A stretch of DNA of 40,520 bases from an uncultured Ignavibacteriales bacterium (GTDB lineage Bacteria > Zixibacteria > MSB-5A5 > GN15 > JAAZOE01), in the NCBI GenBank assembly GCA_964526635.1, contig CAZGLR010000014.1, positions 1-40,520 of the forward strand, given 5' to 3'. This document shows positions 1 through 10,508 of the stretch, piece after piece. The translations under genes were made by a program, and so were the position numbers. The notes under the pieces are model-generated. The model made no database searches. It worked only from the letters and a program-made list of their open reading frames with translations, and was not told the origin of the DNA. Every line of letters begins with the position of its first letter. Position 1 is the stretch's first letter.

Positions 1-483
1 AGAGGGCCATATAGCGACATTCCTTACAAGCGCCGCCGGCTTTTTGATTGCCTATTCCACTGTGCGGTTGTTACGCTTGGTTGATGAACCACATCGTTAG
101 AGGAGGTGTACGCGGCGGGAGTCTCTAAAACGCCGTTCCCCCCCAGGGATCGGCCGCAATATAAACTCCTCCTGCGCTTCCGTGGATTCAACCATGTGCC
201 GGGAAATGCCTGGTTTCCTTAGTCAAATCATATACAAACGATGCACTAAAGTCAAGAAATTTCGCGTGCGAAATGTGAGAAACTTCACAAATCGCGATAA
301 GTTGGGCCGGGAATGGCTGTATGTATGTTGTTGTAGGGCAAAATGCTAAAAGACACTGGTTTTTTTGAAGCCATATAGTGGATATGAATAGTCTAATATA
401 TGTTGCCTGCAATACAAGTATGCATATTCGAATTACCATCGCGAAGTTCTTCGGGCATTATGTGAAATAAATCACAAAAAGTC

Positions 484-512
484 TTGACCAGCCGCAACCG
501 ATACATATATTA
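484..512 (+). promoter_or_regulatory. Putative sigma70-type promoter (TTGACC, 16-17 nt spacer, TATATT/ATATTA) with overlapping imperfect palindrome cgata-N7-tatcg (possible ArsR operator)
   Basis: Read directly: ttgacc at 484-489, AT-rich hexamer at 506-512, about 25 nt before the ATG at 537; palindrome cgatacatatattatcg spans the -10 region. Confidence 0.35.
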
Positions 513-536
513 TCGTAGTTGCGAAAGGATGCAAGT

Positions 537-908
537 ATGGCACTCGATGATCCCCGAATCTTTGAACTCCATGCCGGGTTCTGTAAAGTCATCGCCAATT
601 CCAAACGGCTCATGATTGTCTCCCTCCTGGCCGATGGCGAAAAGAGCGTGGGGGAATTGGCTGAGGCCCTGGATTCGCCGCTGGCCAATGTCAGCCAGCA
701 TCTGCGCATCCTCAGGGATCACCACATCGTGACTATCAGGAAAATGGCCCAGACGGTGTACTATCGTCTCACCGACCGGCGGCTCCCCGAAGCCTGTCAG
801 CTTATCCGTACGATTTTGTTGGAAAGCCTGACTCAGCAGGTGGAACTGGCCTGCGACGAAAGCTCGGAACGACAGGTACACCGGATATTTACGAAAAAGG
901 GAAGATGA
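537..908 (+). CDS. ArsR/SmtB-family metalloregulatory transcriptional repressor
   Basis: HTH motif SVGELAEALDSPLANVSQHLRILRD typical of the ArsR family; about 120 aa; ATG at 537 preceded by aaaggat (the track's TTG at 519 is less likely); stop overlaps the next gene's ATG (ATGA at 905-908). Confidence 0.8.
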   Translation: MALDDPRIFELHAGFCKVIANSKRLMIVSLLADGEKSVGELAEALDSPLANVSQHLRILRDHHIVTIRKMAQTVYYRLTDRRLPEACQLIRTILLESLTQQVELACDESSERQVHRIFTKKGR

Positions 909-3460
909 GTATGAATAGAGTTATCGGGTTTCGGATGTTCGCACTCGGGTGTCTGCTGACACTGTTTTTTGCGGCCACACTGCAGGGAGCACACCCACCG
1001 ATCATGCTGCTCGATGCCGAGGGGAATGAGATCAATCCCATCACCGGGGATAACGCCGATCAACCGTTCTCGACGGCGATGACCTGCGGCATTTGTCACG
1101 ATTATGAGACCATCACCGGCGGGTATCATTTTCAAATGGGCTGGGATGTGGTCAGTGATACATTCGGCGTTGTCGATGCCAAACCCTGGCAGATATCCAA
1201 TGGTATGATGGGTAAATGGTGTCCATTATACTTCAGGCAACTGGCCAAAAAAGAAAACGAATCGGCGGACGCTATCGACCTGACCGTCTATGACTTTGTA
1301 GGCTTCTCTGACGGCAATGGCTCGCCATATCCCTGCGGCGCCTGCCATCCCGGCGGCGGCGGTCTGGAGTATGACCGCGAGGGTAACCGGTATGATGAAA
1401 TGATGGCCGAAAATCCGGAACTGGCCGAGACTCTCGATGGTGACTACTATCAAAGCAAGTGGCACGAAAGCGGGGTTGTCGAGGCCGATTGCTTTGTTTG
1501 CCATCTCGATGGCTATGCCTTTGAGGAGCGGACTTATCAACTGGAACAGGGCAACTACAAATGGGCCGTAGTCTCCGGTACCGGCTATGGCATCGTGAGC
1601 GGTTCGGTCAAGCGCGGCCGGGAGCCATCGGTTGTCTATAACACGAAGTTTTTCAATGCCGATGGCACTATCAAACTCGACGTCAGTTGGCCCCCGCCTG
1701 ACAAAAACTGCGTGTTCTGCCATGGTCAGTCCGACAGCCGCAAGCGCGGTTTTTCCTGGAATGATATTCATAACTCCGATGTTCACAACAGCCAGGGTAT
1801 CTCCTGTGCCGCCTGTCATCCCTCCGGACTCGATCATCAATTTGCCAAAGGCAATGCCCGGGCGCTCAATGTGGCCGACCATCTCGACGATACCATGATG
1901 GATTGCAAGGAATGCCATGCCGATGGCTACCTCGGTGCAACCGTCCCGGATCATCATTCAGTCAGGCCGTCGCATCTGGAACGTATCGCTTGTGAAGCCT
2001 GTCATATTCCATCGCTGAACCTGTCGGCTGTTCGAGGCGTGGAATCGGCGACCGGAGAACTCGAATTCACATTCCGACCTGATTCGGTCGATGATTTCGG
2101 TGAATACGGTACCTGGTATCCTGATTATGAACGCTGGATAGAAAAGAAGATTTATCCTTTTAATACGCTGGTGATCAACTGGTGGGGAAACTACCAGGAT
2201 GGTGTTATTTATCCCCTGTTCCTGCGGGAGCAGGAAGCCATCTGGCCGTTGTATGCAGACCGGGTGACCGATGATAACGACGATGGCGACCCCGAAGTCA
2301 ATCGTGGCGAGGAGATTCTGGCCGGAATAGAAGCAACCGCCAGAGGGCTGGACGGCAACCAGCGGTTCAGCGAAATTCACCCGGTTTATGTCAAGGCGGG
2401 TACCGCCTGGCATCTGAATGAAGACGGCGTCCTCGATACGCTGCCGTTTGACGAAGTTACCTGTATTATGTATTCGATCAGTCATAATGTGGCCCCGGCG
2501 CGGTTTGCGCTGGGTGTCAACGGCTGCGGTGATTGCCATGACCATGAGGCGCATTTCTTCAAGGGCCGGCGCGTGCTCGATCTGTATGACTCCACCGGTG
2601 CCGCGGTTACGCGCGGCAATGGCTACTTCTTTGGCTGCAACCCGTTTTCATTTACAATCAATACTTTCCACCAGCAGATTCTCAGCCCGATCGTGAGTAT
2701 ACTCATTATCATTGTCATCTTCCTGGTGATATTGCATTATCACAGTTACGGCCCCAAGCATATACCGTTCATCCCCAATTCCGGTGAAGTGAAGCGGTTT
2801 TCACTGTATGAACGGGGGCTGCACCTGTTTCGCCTGATCTCATTTGTCGTGCTGAGTGTAACCGGTTTGATTATGGCTTTCAATCTCGTTTTGTGGCAGC
2901 AATTGCTGTTTAAATCACCACAGCAGATGCTTGAGTTCCATATCGGTTTCGGCATTGTGTTTTTGATTACCACGATACTGGGAATTGTGTCCTGGTACCG
3001 CGATGCCATCTTCAAGCCGCATGACAGGGAATGGATGAAAAAATTCGGCGGATATCTCGGCCACAAAGGTGAATTCACTTCGGGGCGCTTTAACGCCGGG
3101 CAGAAAATGTTTTACTGGTTTACTTCGATTTCGGGAATTCTGATTTCGGTGACAGGAGTTATTCTGACCTTTAAACCCATTACATCGCTGGCGACAGTCT
3201 GCATTACCTCGACTATCCATAACATCCTCGCTTTCATTATGATTGCCGGTGTTCTGGCCCATGCCTATCTCGGGACGGTGGCCAATCCGGGTACCTGGCG
3301 TGTGCTGGTCGACGGCTTCGTGACACGAATCTGGGCGGAACACCATCATCCGCAATGGTATCGGGAAAAGATGGCCCGCGGCGAAGTGGAAACCTGGGAT
3401 GAGGCTGAAGGTGACCAGAACAATGATCCTGATCCGGAAGCCGGCAAGGCTAATTCGTAA
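905..3460 (+). CDS. Octaheme c-type cytochrome fused to a C-terminal diheme cytochrome b (FdnI/HydC-like) membrane domain; CbcL-like quinone-interacting respiratory cytochrome
   Basis: N-terminal signal peptide; eight CxxCH motifs (CGICH, CGACH, CFVCH, CVFCH, CAACH, CKECH, CEACH, CGDCH); then 4-5 TM helices with conserved His (LHLFRL, EFHIGFG, IHNILAFIMIAGVLAHAYLG) as in the formate-dehydrogenase gamma / Ni-Fe hydrogenase cytochrome b family; 4-nt overlap with arsR. Confidence 0.8.
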   Translation: MSMNRVIGFRMFALGCLLTLFFAATLQGAHPPIMLLDAEGNEINPITGDNADQPFSTAMTCGICHDYETITGGYHFQMGWDVVSDTFGVVDAKPWQISNGMMGKWCPLYFRQLAKKENESADAIDLTVYDFVGFSDGNGSPYPCGACHPGGGGLEYDREGNRYDEMMAENPELAETLDGDYYQSKWHESGVVEADCFVCHLDGYAFEERTYQLEQGNYKWAVVSGTGYGIVSGSVKRGREPSVVYNTKFFNADGTIKLDVSWPPPDKNCVFCHGQSDSRKRGFSWNDIHNSDVHNSQGISCAACHPSGLDHQFAKGNARALNVADHLDDTMMDCKECHADGYLGATVPDHHSVRPSHLERIACEACHIPSLNLSAVRGVESATGELEFTFRPDSVDDFGEYGTWYPDYERWIEKKIYPFNTLVINWWGNYQDGVIYPLFLREQEAIWPLYADRVTDDNDDGDPEVNRGEEILAGIEATARGLDGNQRFSEIHPVYVKAGTAWHLNEDGVLDTLPFDEVTCIMYSISHNVAPARFALGVNGCGDCHDHEAHFFKGRRVLDLYDSTGAAVTRGNGYFFGCNPFSFTINTFHQQILSPIVSILIIIVIFLVILHYHSYGPKHIPFIPNSGEVKRFSLYERGLHLFRLISFVVLSVTGLIMAFNLVLWQQLLFKSPQQMLEFHIGFGIVFLITTILGIVSWYRDAIFKPHDREWMKKFGGYLGHKGEFTSGRFNAGQKMFYWFTSISGILISVTGVILTFKPITSLATVCITSTIHNILAFIMIAGVLAHAYLGTVANPGTWRVLVDGFVTRIWAEHHHPQWYREKMARGEVETWDEAEGDQNNDPDPEAGKANS

Positions 3461-3486
3461 GACCTGCTAAACCTGAGTCATGATAG

Positions 3487-3513
3487 GGGAGCGGCAGCGC
3501 CGCTCCCTTTATT
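3487..3513 (+). terminator. Rho-independent terminator after the cytochrome gene
   Basis: GC hairpin gggagcggc-agc-gccgctccc followed by tttatt. Confidence 0.55.
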
Positions 3514-3620
3514 ACATCGTAAATTCGTACTCCGGGACGGAACAATCATAATCATGGACTGGTTACACTGGTAAACTGATACATCTACCGTCAACAACGA
3601 TTGTAATAAGGGGTAACAAA

Positions 3621-3815
3621 TTGTCTGAGAAAAAATCCATATTCGGTAATGGTGTGCTGAAAAACAGCGCCCGTGAATTCTTTGTCTTTGTCGATGACAA
3701 GGGCCAATCCTGGATCTGCGATAAGGAAGCAGTGGGGCAGATTGATCCCACCAAGCCCTTTGAGGGCCAGAATATCGAACGCTGCGAAGTGATGCCATTC
3801 GATCACGGTGGCTGA
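3621..3815 (+). CDS. Small hypothetical protein (64 aa, TTG start)
   Basis: ORF with several Cys/His (WICDKE, ERCEVMPFDHGG); no recognisable family; in the gap between the terminator and the thioredoxin gene. Confidence 0.3.
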   Translation: MSEKKSIFGNGVLKNSAREFFVFVDDKGQSWICDKEAVGQIDPTKPFEGQNIERCEVMPFDHGG

Positions 3816-3909
3816 TCCTCGTGCGTGTGGTGGAATCAAAATTCTGAAATCCAATCCCCGGTAAGTCCGGGGATTGGATTCCATAACAATACTTACGTGG
3901 ACGTAAAGT

Positions 3910-4260
3910 ATGGTTTCAATGACGCGACAGGATTTTCTCGATAAGGTCTTTAACTACGAAAAGTCAAGCGCATGGACGTATCAGGGAAGTGCCCCCTGTG
4001 TGATAGACTTTCATGATGAAAGCTGTCCACCGTGCAAACATCTCGAGCCGATACTGGGTAAACTATCCGAAGAGTATGACGGCCGAGTTATTTTTTATAA
4101 AGTTGATATAAAGGCAGAGAAAGACCTCGCTGAAGAAGTCGGCATCCAGAATTTGCCGACCCTGGTTTTCTGCCCCCTCGATGATAAACCGATTGTGATG
4201 CAGGGTGCGGCCCCCCGAGAAAAAGTCGTGGCGGCGATCGAAAAAGAGCTTCTGGCCTGA
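3910..4260 (+). CDS. Thioredoxin-family protein
   Basis: CPPC active site in thioredoxin-fold context (SCPPCKHLEPILGKLSEEY...NLPTLVF); no signal peptide. Confidence 0.8.
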   Translation: MVSMTRQDFLDKVFNYEKSSAWTYQGSAPCVIDFHDESCPPCKHLEPILGKLSEEYDGRVIFYKVDIKAEKDLAEEVGIQNLPTLVFCPLDDKPIVMQGAAPREKVVAAIEKELLA

Positions 4261-4285
4261 TCACTGTCAGTTTACAGGTATTCGA

Positions 4286-5032
4286 TTACTCTCTCAATCC
4301 CACCGGACCATACCATGAAATAGTATATGCCGTCAACAGACCATCGATTATTTCAGGCAGCGATGACGTGATTTGTTCAATAGCCCCCGGGGAATCAGCA
4401 GAAAATATAAACAGGGCATAGGGCGCACCCGAATCGACGGCATCGGTAAACGGTCCCGCCAACACGATGCGGCCGGTATCGCTGAAGACTCCCAGCAGGG
4501 AATCGACATTCCGATACAGCTCATCGAACGCGGTCAGTTCACTGTCGCGATAGAACAACATTGCCTGATATCCTCGCATGCCTTCCATGCCCTCAAGAGT
4601 ATCGCAGGCCATCGTAGCCGAACCGATCCATGGATGATTTTCAACAGTCAATCTTCCTCGGATAACTGCCGGGTCGGTATCTACCAGTGTGTCGGCGGCA
4701 TGCTTGGAATCAACTCGGTACCAGAAAAGCCCCCGTATTTTATTGGAATTATCGGGCGTATAAAATGGTCCGGCCAGCGCCATGAGCCCAAGCTCCGCCA
4801 GGCGTTGTATATTGGCCAGGTGCGCCGCTTGAATTGCCTGAATCGTATCGGTCGGCAGGTCAGCGCGACCTGGAGACGAAGAAATCAGGCCGACATAATA
4901 GGTTGTCGTATCGGCGATATGTTCAACCCGGAAGACATCAGCAGCCGTTAAGTGTTGCGATGAATCCGTACTGCACCCGGCAAGTGCGAGCAAAACGCAA
5001 ATAGTTAAAAATCGCTTAAGCATATTCTCCAC
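4286..5032 (-). CDS. Lipoprotein with internal tandem duplication (two LAGPF...-type repeats), function unknown
   Basis: Lipobox LLALAGC near the N-terminus; two similar halves (MALAGPFYTPDN... and IVLAGPFTDAVDS...) suggest a duplicated small alpha/beta domain (YciI/Dabb-like guess); start either GTG 5032 or ATG 5023. Confidence 0.55.
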   Translation of the reverse strand: MENMLKRFLTICVLLALAGCSTDSSQHLTAADVFRVEHIADTTTYYVGLISSSPGRADLPTDTIQAIQAAHLANIQRLAELGLMALAGPFYTPDNSNKIRGLFWYRVDSKHAADTLVDTDPAVIRGRLTVENHPWIGSATMACDTLEGMEGMRGYQAMLFYRDSELTAFDELYRNVDSLLGVFSDTGRIVLAGPFTDAVDSGAPYALFIFSADSPGAIEQITSSLPEIIDGLLTAYTISWYGPVGLRE

Positions 5033-5402
5033 AAAATGATAAATCTTACGGCCTTATTCTAACGATGTCGAAACGAATTCGCCACATAATTAGTCTGGCT
5101 TGCCGGAAACTGAGCTTTTCGCTGAGAATTTACCAACATTGCCATTTCCTATTTTGTACCCATTCACGGCGCCGCTATACCCATACCCACAGAATTTTCC
5201 GTCGCGCTGGATCAACAGAACACATTGTAGACAAAATATGTGCAATAATAAATAAAAGGAGAAATTTTGTCTAATACACCCGTGAAAACTTCCGATACAA
5301 CCCTCATAAGGGGTATTCAAAAGCACTTCTAATGCACCACAATCCGGGGCTGTTCGGGCGTTACACTCACAAGGCAGTCTGTCATGGGGCTAAGGGGGAA
5401 GT

Positions 5403-7520
5403 ATGTTCTTCAGCAAAATGAAAATCGGCACTAAACTTATCAGTATCTTTTTACTCACTGGTTTGGTACCGCTCGGAATTTTAGGTTTTATCAGTCTTTC
5501 AAAGTCGCAATCGGCACTCGAGCATGCCGAATTCAATCAGCTTGAATCAATCCGGCAAATTAAAAGGCTTCAAATCGAATCATATTTTGCCGAACGACTC
5601 GGAGATGTTTCGGTTTTATCGTCCAACCCGACAGTTGTCGAGGCGATGGAAGCGTTTGATCAGGCTTTTACCTTTGGTGTCGACAGCGACCAGTACAAAC
5701 AGGTCAATTCCGCCTATTCCGATTGGTTAACACAGTATGAAAAAGAATACGGCTACTATGATCTTTTCCTGATCAATACCGACGGCGACATTGTGTATAC
5801 CGTCGAGCGAGAACCCGATTTTGCCACCAATCTTGTTTCGGGGAGATTTTCCAACCAGAATATCGCTGCCTTGTTTCACCGCGCCAAAAACGAGGTTGTC
5901 CTTCAGGATTTTGCCGCCTATGCGCCATCCAATGGCGTCGCGGCCAGTTTTGTCGGCGCACCGGTGAAGAAGGACGGCAAGACAATCGGCGTAGCAGCGC
6001 TTCAACTTTCCATTGCCGCGATCAATAAGATCATGCAGGAAAGAAGTGGTCTGGGTGAATCCGGAGAAACGTATTTGGTTGGTGATGATCTCCTGATGCG
6101 GTCGGACTCACGCTTTTCGACGAAGTCGACCATTCTTGAGCAAACCTGTGATCATGCCTCGATTAAATCCGGTTTGACCGGCAAGTCGGGTATTGAGGTT
6201 GTTCCGGATTATCGCGGTATCAATGTCCTCTCGGCCTATGCACCACTTGAACTACCCGGTCTGAACTGGACGATTATCGCCGAAATTGACGAAGAGGAAG
6301 CGTATCACGCTGTGGCCACGCTCCGCAGTTTTATTTTCCTGCTCATCGGGGTGATTGCTGTTATTGTGGCTGCCGTGGGGTGGTTTTTCTCGCGGAGTAT
6401 TTCTCGCCCGATAGCGCGTGTAGCGATGGTTGCCTCGAGTGTGGCCCAGGGCGATGTGAATCATAAGATAGAAGTAAGATCACAGGATGAGATTGGGCAA
6501 CTGGGACGTTCCTTCGAAGAGTTGATTGACTATATGAAGGAAATGGCCGGCGCCGCCGAGAGTATTGCCAGGAATGATTTGACCGCATCGATTACTCCGC
6601 GATCAGAAGATGATGCGCTTGGTAATGCCTTTAAGATGATGATTGACAATCTCTCCGGTGTCCTGAATCAGTTGAACGACAGTGTCCAGCAACTGGTGAC
6701 GGCCTCCAATGAGATCAGTTCATCGTCGGAACAGATGGCGACCGGGTCCCGGTCACAGACAGATCAGGCTAATCAGGTGACCAGCGCTATTCAGGAAATG
6801 ACAGCGACGATTCTCGAATCCTCCAAAAATGCCAATGAAGCCCGCGAGGTTTCTGAACAGACATCCGCGAAATCCGGCGAGGGGCAGCGCGTCGTGGGAG
6901 ATACCATATCCGGGATGGTCCGTATTGCCGACTCCGCCTCCGAATCCGGACGCATCATTTCCGACCTGGCCGAAGCATCGGATAAAATCGGCGAGATTAT
7001 TGCGGTTATAGATGACATTGCCGACCAGACCAATCTACTGGCTCTCAACGCTGCCATTGAGGCAGCCCGGGCCGGTGAACAGGGTCGAGGCTTTGCTGTC
7101 GTCGCCGATGAAGTCCGCAAACTGGCCGAACGCACCGGCACGGCCACAGGTGAAATCACTGACATGATAAAAGGCATCCAGGAGGATTCCGGACGGGCGG
7201 TGACATCTATGGAAGGTGCCTCCAAGCTGGTCGATGAGGGCAAGGCGCTGGCCGATGAAGCCGGCAACAGCCTGAATGAAATCAACCAGATGTCCACCCG
7301 GGTATCGGATATGATCATCCAGATTGCCACAGCGGCCGATCAGCAATCAGCTGCCGCCGAGCAAATTTCACATAGCATGGAGCAAATCGCGAATGTCACG
7401 CGAGAATCTGCCGCCGGCGCCGAACAGTCCGCCAGCGCCGCGGAAAATCTAAACCAACAGGCCGAAGTGCTCAAGACGATGATCGGGCAATTTAAAGTGC
7501 GAACCAAAGCGACTGTTTGA
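5403..7520 (+). CDS. Methyl-accepting chemotaxis protein with periplasmic double-Cache-like sensor, HAMP and MCP signalling domain
   Basis: Strong RBS (agggggaag) before ATG; N-terminal TM, about 270 aa periplasmic region, second TM, HAMP, then the highly conserved signalling tip [34 protein letters not shown]. Confidence 0.9.
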   Translation: MFFSKMKIGTKLISIFLLTGLVPLGILGFISLSKSQSALEHAEFNQLESIRQIKRLQIESYFAERLGDVSVLSSNPTVVEAMEAFDQAFTFGVDSDQYKQVNSAYSDWLTQYEKEYGYYDLFLINTDGDIVYTVEREPDFATNLVSGRFSNQNIAALFHRAKNEVVLQDFAAYAPSNGVAASFVGAPVKKDGKTIGVAALQLSIAAINKIMQERSGLGESGETYLVGDDLLMRSDSRFSTKSTILEQTCDHASIKSGLTGKSGIEVVPDYRGINVLSAYAPLELPGLNWTIIAEIDEEEAYHAVATLRSFIFLLIGVIAVIVAAVGWFFSRSISRPIARVAMVASSVAQGDVNHKIEVRSQDEIGQLGRSFEELIDYMKEMAGAAESIARNDLTASITPRSEDDALGNAFKMMIDNLSGVLNQLNDSVQQLVTASNEISSSSEQMATGSRSQTDQANQVTSAIQEMTATILESSKNANEAREVSEQTSAKSGEGQRVVGDTISGMVRIADSASESGRIISDLAEASDKIGEIIAVIDDIADQTNLLALNAAIEAARAGEQGRGFAVVADEVRKLAERTGTATGEITDMIKGIQEDSGRAVTSMEGASKLVDEGKALADEAGNSLNEINQMSTRVSDMIIQIATAADQQSAAAEQISHSMEQIANVTRESAAGAEQSASAAENLNQQAEVLKTMIGQFKVRTKATV

Positions 7521-7580
7521 TATTGATGGAATCTACTTTCCGGCGCCATCAGGCGCCGGAAAGTTCAGGGGGGAAATCCA

Positions 7581-8330
7581 ATGAAAACTACGTCATGTTA
7601 CATCCTGATGCTCGGCCTGTTGCTGATTAGCCTTGCCCCACTCGGGCAGGCGCAATCTGATCTTGAAATTTCAACCGGCGTGGACTGGTATAACCGCTAT
7701 GTCTGGCGGGGACTTGATATCGCCGGAACACCGAGTATTCAACCGACATTATCTCTCGAGTATTCCGGCTTCGAGATCGGTATCTGGGGCGCCTATACCC
7801 TGTCCAACGAAACCTCGGAATCGGATGAAATTGACTTCTGGCTGGGATATACCCATGATCTGGGCAATGATGCCTCGCTTGGTCTTGTGGTTACCGATTA
7901 TTATTTCCCGAACGCCGGGGTGGCGTTTTTCAACTTCAACAACTATGACAAGGTGATCGACGATTCCATTCCCGATCCCGGAGCGCATACTGTCGAAGTC
8001 GGGGTGTCTGTTACCGGGCCGAAATCATTTCCGATGACTGTTTCGGGATTCGTCAATGTTCACAACGACGCCGGTAATAACACCTATTTCCAGGCGGAGT
8101 ATCCATTTGGAATCAACGGCACCGATTTCAATTTTTTTGTGGGTGTCACCGGGGGTAGTAAAGACAATCCGGATTACTATGGCGCCGACTCGTTTGAATT
8201 TATCAACATAGGAATTTCAGCCGAGCGCAAAATCGCGATAACGGACTCGTTTGTTTTACCGCTCAGCATATCATTCTTGGTCAATCCGAATGTGGAAATA
8301 TCCTATCTGCTGGTTGGAGTAAGTCTTTGA
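7581..8330 (+). CDS. TorF/Gcw_chp-family putative outer-membrane beta-barrel protein
   Basis: Signal peptide (LISLAPLGQAQSD); about 230 aa mature protein with alternating amphipathic beta-strand pattern and YVWRG motif similar to the TorF-family porin signature; RBS ggggggaa. Confidence 0.55.
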   Translation: MKTTSCYILMLGLLLISLAPLGQAQSDLEISTGVDWYNRYVWRGLDIAGTPSIQPTLSLEYSGFEIGIWGAYTLSNETSESDEIDFWLGYTHDLGNDASLGLVVTDYYFPNAGVAFFNFNNYDKVIDDSIPDPGAHTVEVGVSVTGPKSFPMTVSGFVNVHNDAGNNTYFQAEYPFGINGTDFNFFVGVTGGSKDNPDYYGADSFEFINIGISAERKIAITDSFVLPLSISFLVNPNVEISYLLVGVSL

Positions 8331-8373
8331 TTCTTGGAGCCTTGCAGGCGCGCATAATAATCGTTTCGGGAAA

Positions 8374-8400
8374 ACGGCCGGCAATGCGCCGGCCGTTTTG
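8374..8400 (+). terminator. Rho-independent terminator
   Basis: acggccggc-aatg-cgccggccg hairpin followed by tttt. Confidence 0.55.
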
Positions 8401-8570
8401 TGTTACACCGGTTTCCGGATGACCGGATATCCGCCATCATCGATACTTGACAAAATCGTCGATGTATGTACTTTGTAAGTAGACGAACGACTTCTTTGAT
8501 TTACCCCTTTTTATAACGATACTGTTTCCGCGCTCCGCGCCGGAACATGCCTTTGTCCCGGGATGATACT

Positions 8571-9749
8571 ATGAAAGTCCTGATCTGCCTCCTGCTTGTC
8601 AGTGTTCTGGCAACACTTTTTACCGACTCATTATCCGCTGCCACCAAAGTCTATTTCGAAACCTTCGAGCGGCAGATCACCACCGATACGGCCGACCAGT
8701 TTGATCCATCGATTTGCGGCACGATAATCGTCTATTCCGATCGCCGCAATAGCGATGCCGATGTGTACATCTATGATCTGGCGGCTGATTCGGAGATTCA
8801 GGTGACCAGCGGTGGCGGTGATCAACTCCTGACCGATGTCTGGGACAATCACGTTGTCTATACCGACTATGGCAGCGGCAATGCCGAGATATTCCTGCGG
8901 TATCCTTCCGGATCATATGCCTCCATTCTTTCCCATCCGGCCAACCAGCGCCGTCCGGCTATCAACGACGGCGTCATTGTTTTCGAGGACGATCGCAATG
9001 GCAATTACGATTGTTACTGGTATATCAGCACGACATTGAGCGGATGGGTGACGCTTGATCTTTCTCATCAAAGAAAACCAGCCGTAGCCGATTCGATTAT
9101 CGTTTATGAGGATTTCCGCAATGGCAATTCTGATGTCGGCATGTATCGTGTCGGGTGGTCGACCGAGATGCTGCTGACAGATGATCCCGCTCAGGATGTC
9201 GATCCCGATATCAATGACGGTATAATTGCGTTTTGCTCCAATCGCGCAGATATTGGAGATGTTTTCTACTTCGATATCGCAGCTGATTCTTTGGTACAGG
9301 TAACGGCCGGTGACGGCAACTATGAACGGAACCCATCGGTTTCAGGCGATTTCATTACTTATGAAAGCTATGCCGCCGGCGATGCCGATATCTGGCTGTA
9401 TTCGATTCTACTCGATTCTTCGGTACGCATAACGTGTGATTCTGCCGAGCAATACCTGCATGATCATTCCGGCAATACGATTGTCTACACGGATAATCGC
9501 AACGGCAATCTCGATATCTACGCCATGACTTTCCTTTTCGAAGAAGTCGTGTGTGGTGATGCCAATGGTGATGATATCGTCAATGTCGGTGACGCTATCT
9601 TTCTCATCAATTATATCTTCAAAGCCGGGCCCGAACCGCTGCCGAAAATAGCCGGCGATGCCTCCTGTGATGAAGAACTCAATGTCGGCGATGCCATCTA
9701 TATCATCAATTATGTCTTCAACGGTGGTCCGGAGCCCTGTTGTCCATAG
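8571..9749 (+). CDS. Secreted TolB-like beta-propeller (PD40-repeat-like) protein with C-terminal type-I dockerin-like module
   Basis: Signal peptide MKVLICLLLVSVLATLFTDSLSA (ATG at 8571 preferred over 8547); repeated motifs (IYIYDLAADSEIQVTSGG, FYFDIAADSLVQVTAGDG); C-terminal CGDANGDDIVNVGDAIFLINYIFKAGPEP...GDASCDEELNVGDAIYIINYVFNGGPEPCCP is two dockerin EF-hand-like repeats. Confidence 0.75.
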   Translation: MKVLICLLLVSVLATLFTDSLSAATKVYFETFERQITTDTADQFDPSICGTIIVYSDRRNSDADVYIYDLAADSEIQVTSGGGDQLLTDVWDNHVVYTDYGSGNAEIFLRYPSGSYASILSHPANQRRPAINDGVIVFEDDRNGNYDCYWYISTTLSGWVTLDLSHQRKPAVADSIIVYEDFRNGNSDVGMYRVGWSTEMLLTDDPAQDVDPDINDGIIAFCSNRADIGDVFYFDIAADSLVQVTAGDGNYERNPSVSGDFITYESYAAGDADIWLYSILLDSSVRITCDSAEQYLHDHSGNTIVYTDNRNGNLDIYAMTFLFEEVVCGDANGDDIVNVGDAIFLINYIFKAGPEPLPKIAGDASCDEELNVGDAIYIINYVFNGGPEPCCP

Positions 9750-9851
9750 CCCGTAATATCTTCGTTTCGCCGGGTATTTTGTGATATCATAACCTGTGTC
9801 ACACCCGTATAAAGGGTAAATCAATCTATAATTTTATCAGGGAGTCTGCCC

Positions 9852-10319
9852 ATGGCTACCTACGACTGGAGTCGTTTTGTCGAAAGAATCTACATCAATG
9901 CTTCACCTGAGCGGGTTTTCAATGCCTGGACCCAAGGAAGGGAACTGATGCGATGGTTTCCGATAAAAGCCGAAAGCGAAGCAAAAACCGGCGGACGGCT
10001 TTATTATGCCTGGCTCGGGGATGACAAGCTGGAGACAACGTATATCAAGGTCGTCAGGAACCGTTCGATTGAGTTCCCTTTTGGTAGTCATGGCGAAAAG
10101 GTCCGGGTGAAATTCCGCAAGAAAGGCTCCGGCTGTATTTGCGAGCTGGAGCAATTCGATATGAAGACAGACCCAAAAACCAAAGCGAGTACGCATCTTG
10201 GTTGCGCCACCGGGTGGGCCTTTTTCCTGGCCAACCTGAAGGCATATCTTGAGCACGGGATTGATTTGCGCAGCCATGATCCGAAGATGAGCTATCGCCA
10301 GGGTTTTGTTAACTCGTAA
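9852..10319 (+). CDS. SRPBCC-superfamily (AHSA1/CalC-like) protein
   Basis: About 155 aa; N-terminal WTQGRELMRWFP resembles activator-of-Hsp90-ATPase/polyketide cyclase SRPBCC proteins; good RBS (agggag). Confidence 0.55.
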   Translation: MATYDWSRFVERIYINASPERVFNAWTQGRELMRWFPIKAESEAKTGGRLYYAWLGDDKLETTYIKVVRNRSIEFPFGSHGEKVRVKFRKKGSGCICELEQFDMKTDPKTKASTHLGCATGWAFFLANLKAYLEHGIDLRSHDPKMSYRQGFVNS

Positions 10320-10508
10320 GGTGGCCTGTGAGGGTAGTTGTTTACTTATGTTCGAAAGTGACAACCGCGCTTGAAAATGCGGCAAAATCAAACCACATTT
10401 TACGAAATCTTCTGTGGTATCTAATGGTAAACCACTAATGACATCGCCCTCCGCATCCGATTAAGATAATAGTGGATTGTGCGAAAATAAGAATCAGGAA
10501 TTAATCGG

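Noticed and set aside
1226-2554. Antisense ORFs (243 aa and 198 aa) inside the cytochrome gene
   Set aside because: The plus-strand frame carries eight CxxCH motifs and a signal peptide; antisense ORFs are typical of GC-rich coding DNA
6791-7549. Minus-strand ORFs of 179, 103 and 69 aa within the first MCP gene
   Set aside because: The plus-strand frame has the universally conserved MCP signalling motif; antisense ORFs are Ser/Ala/Arg-rich noise
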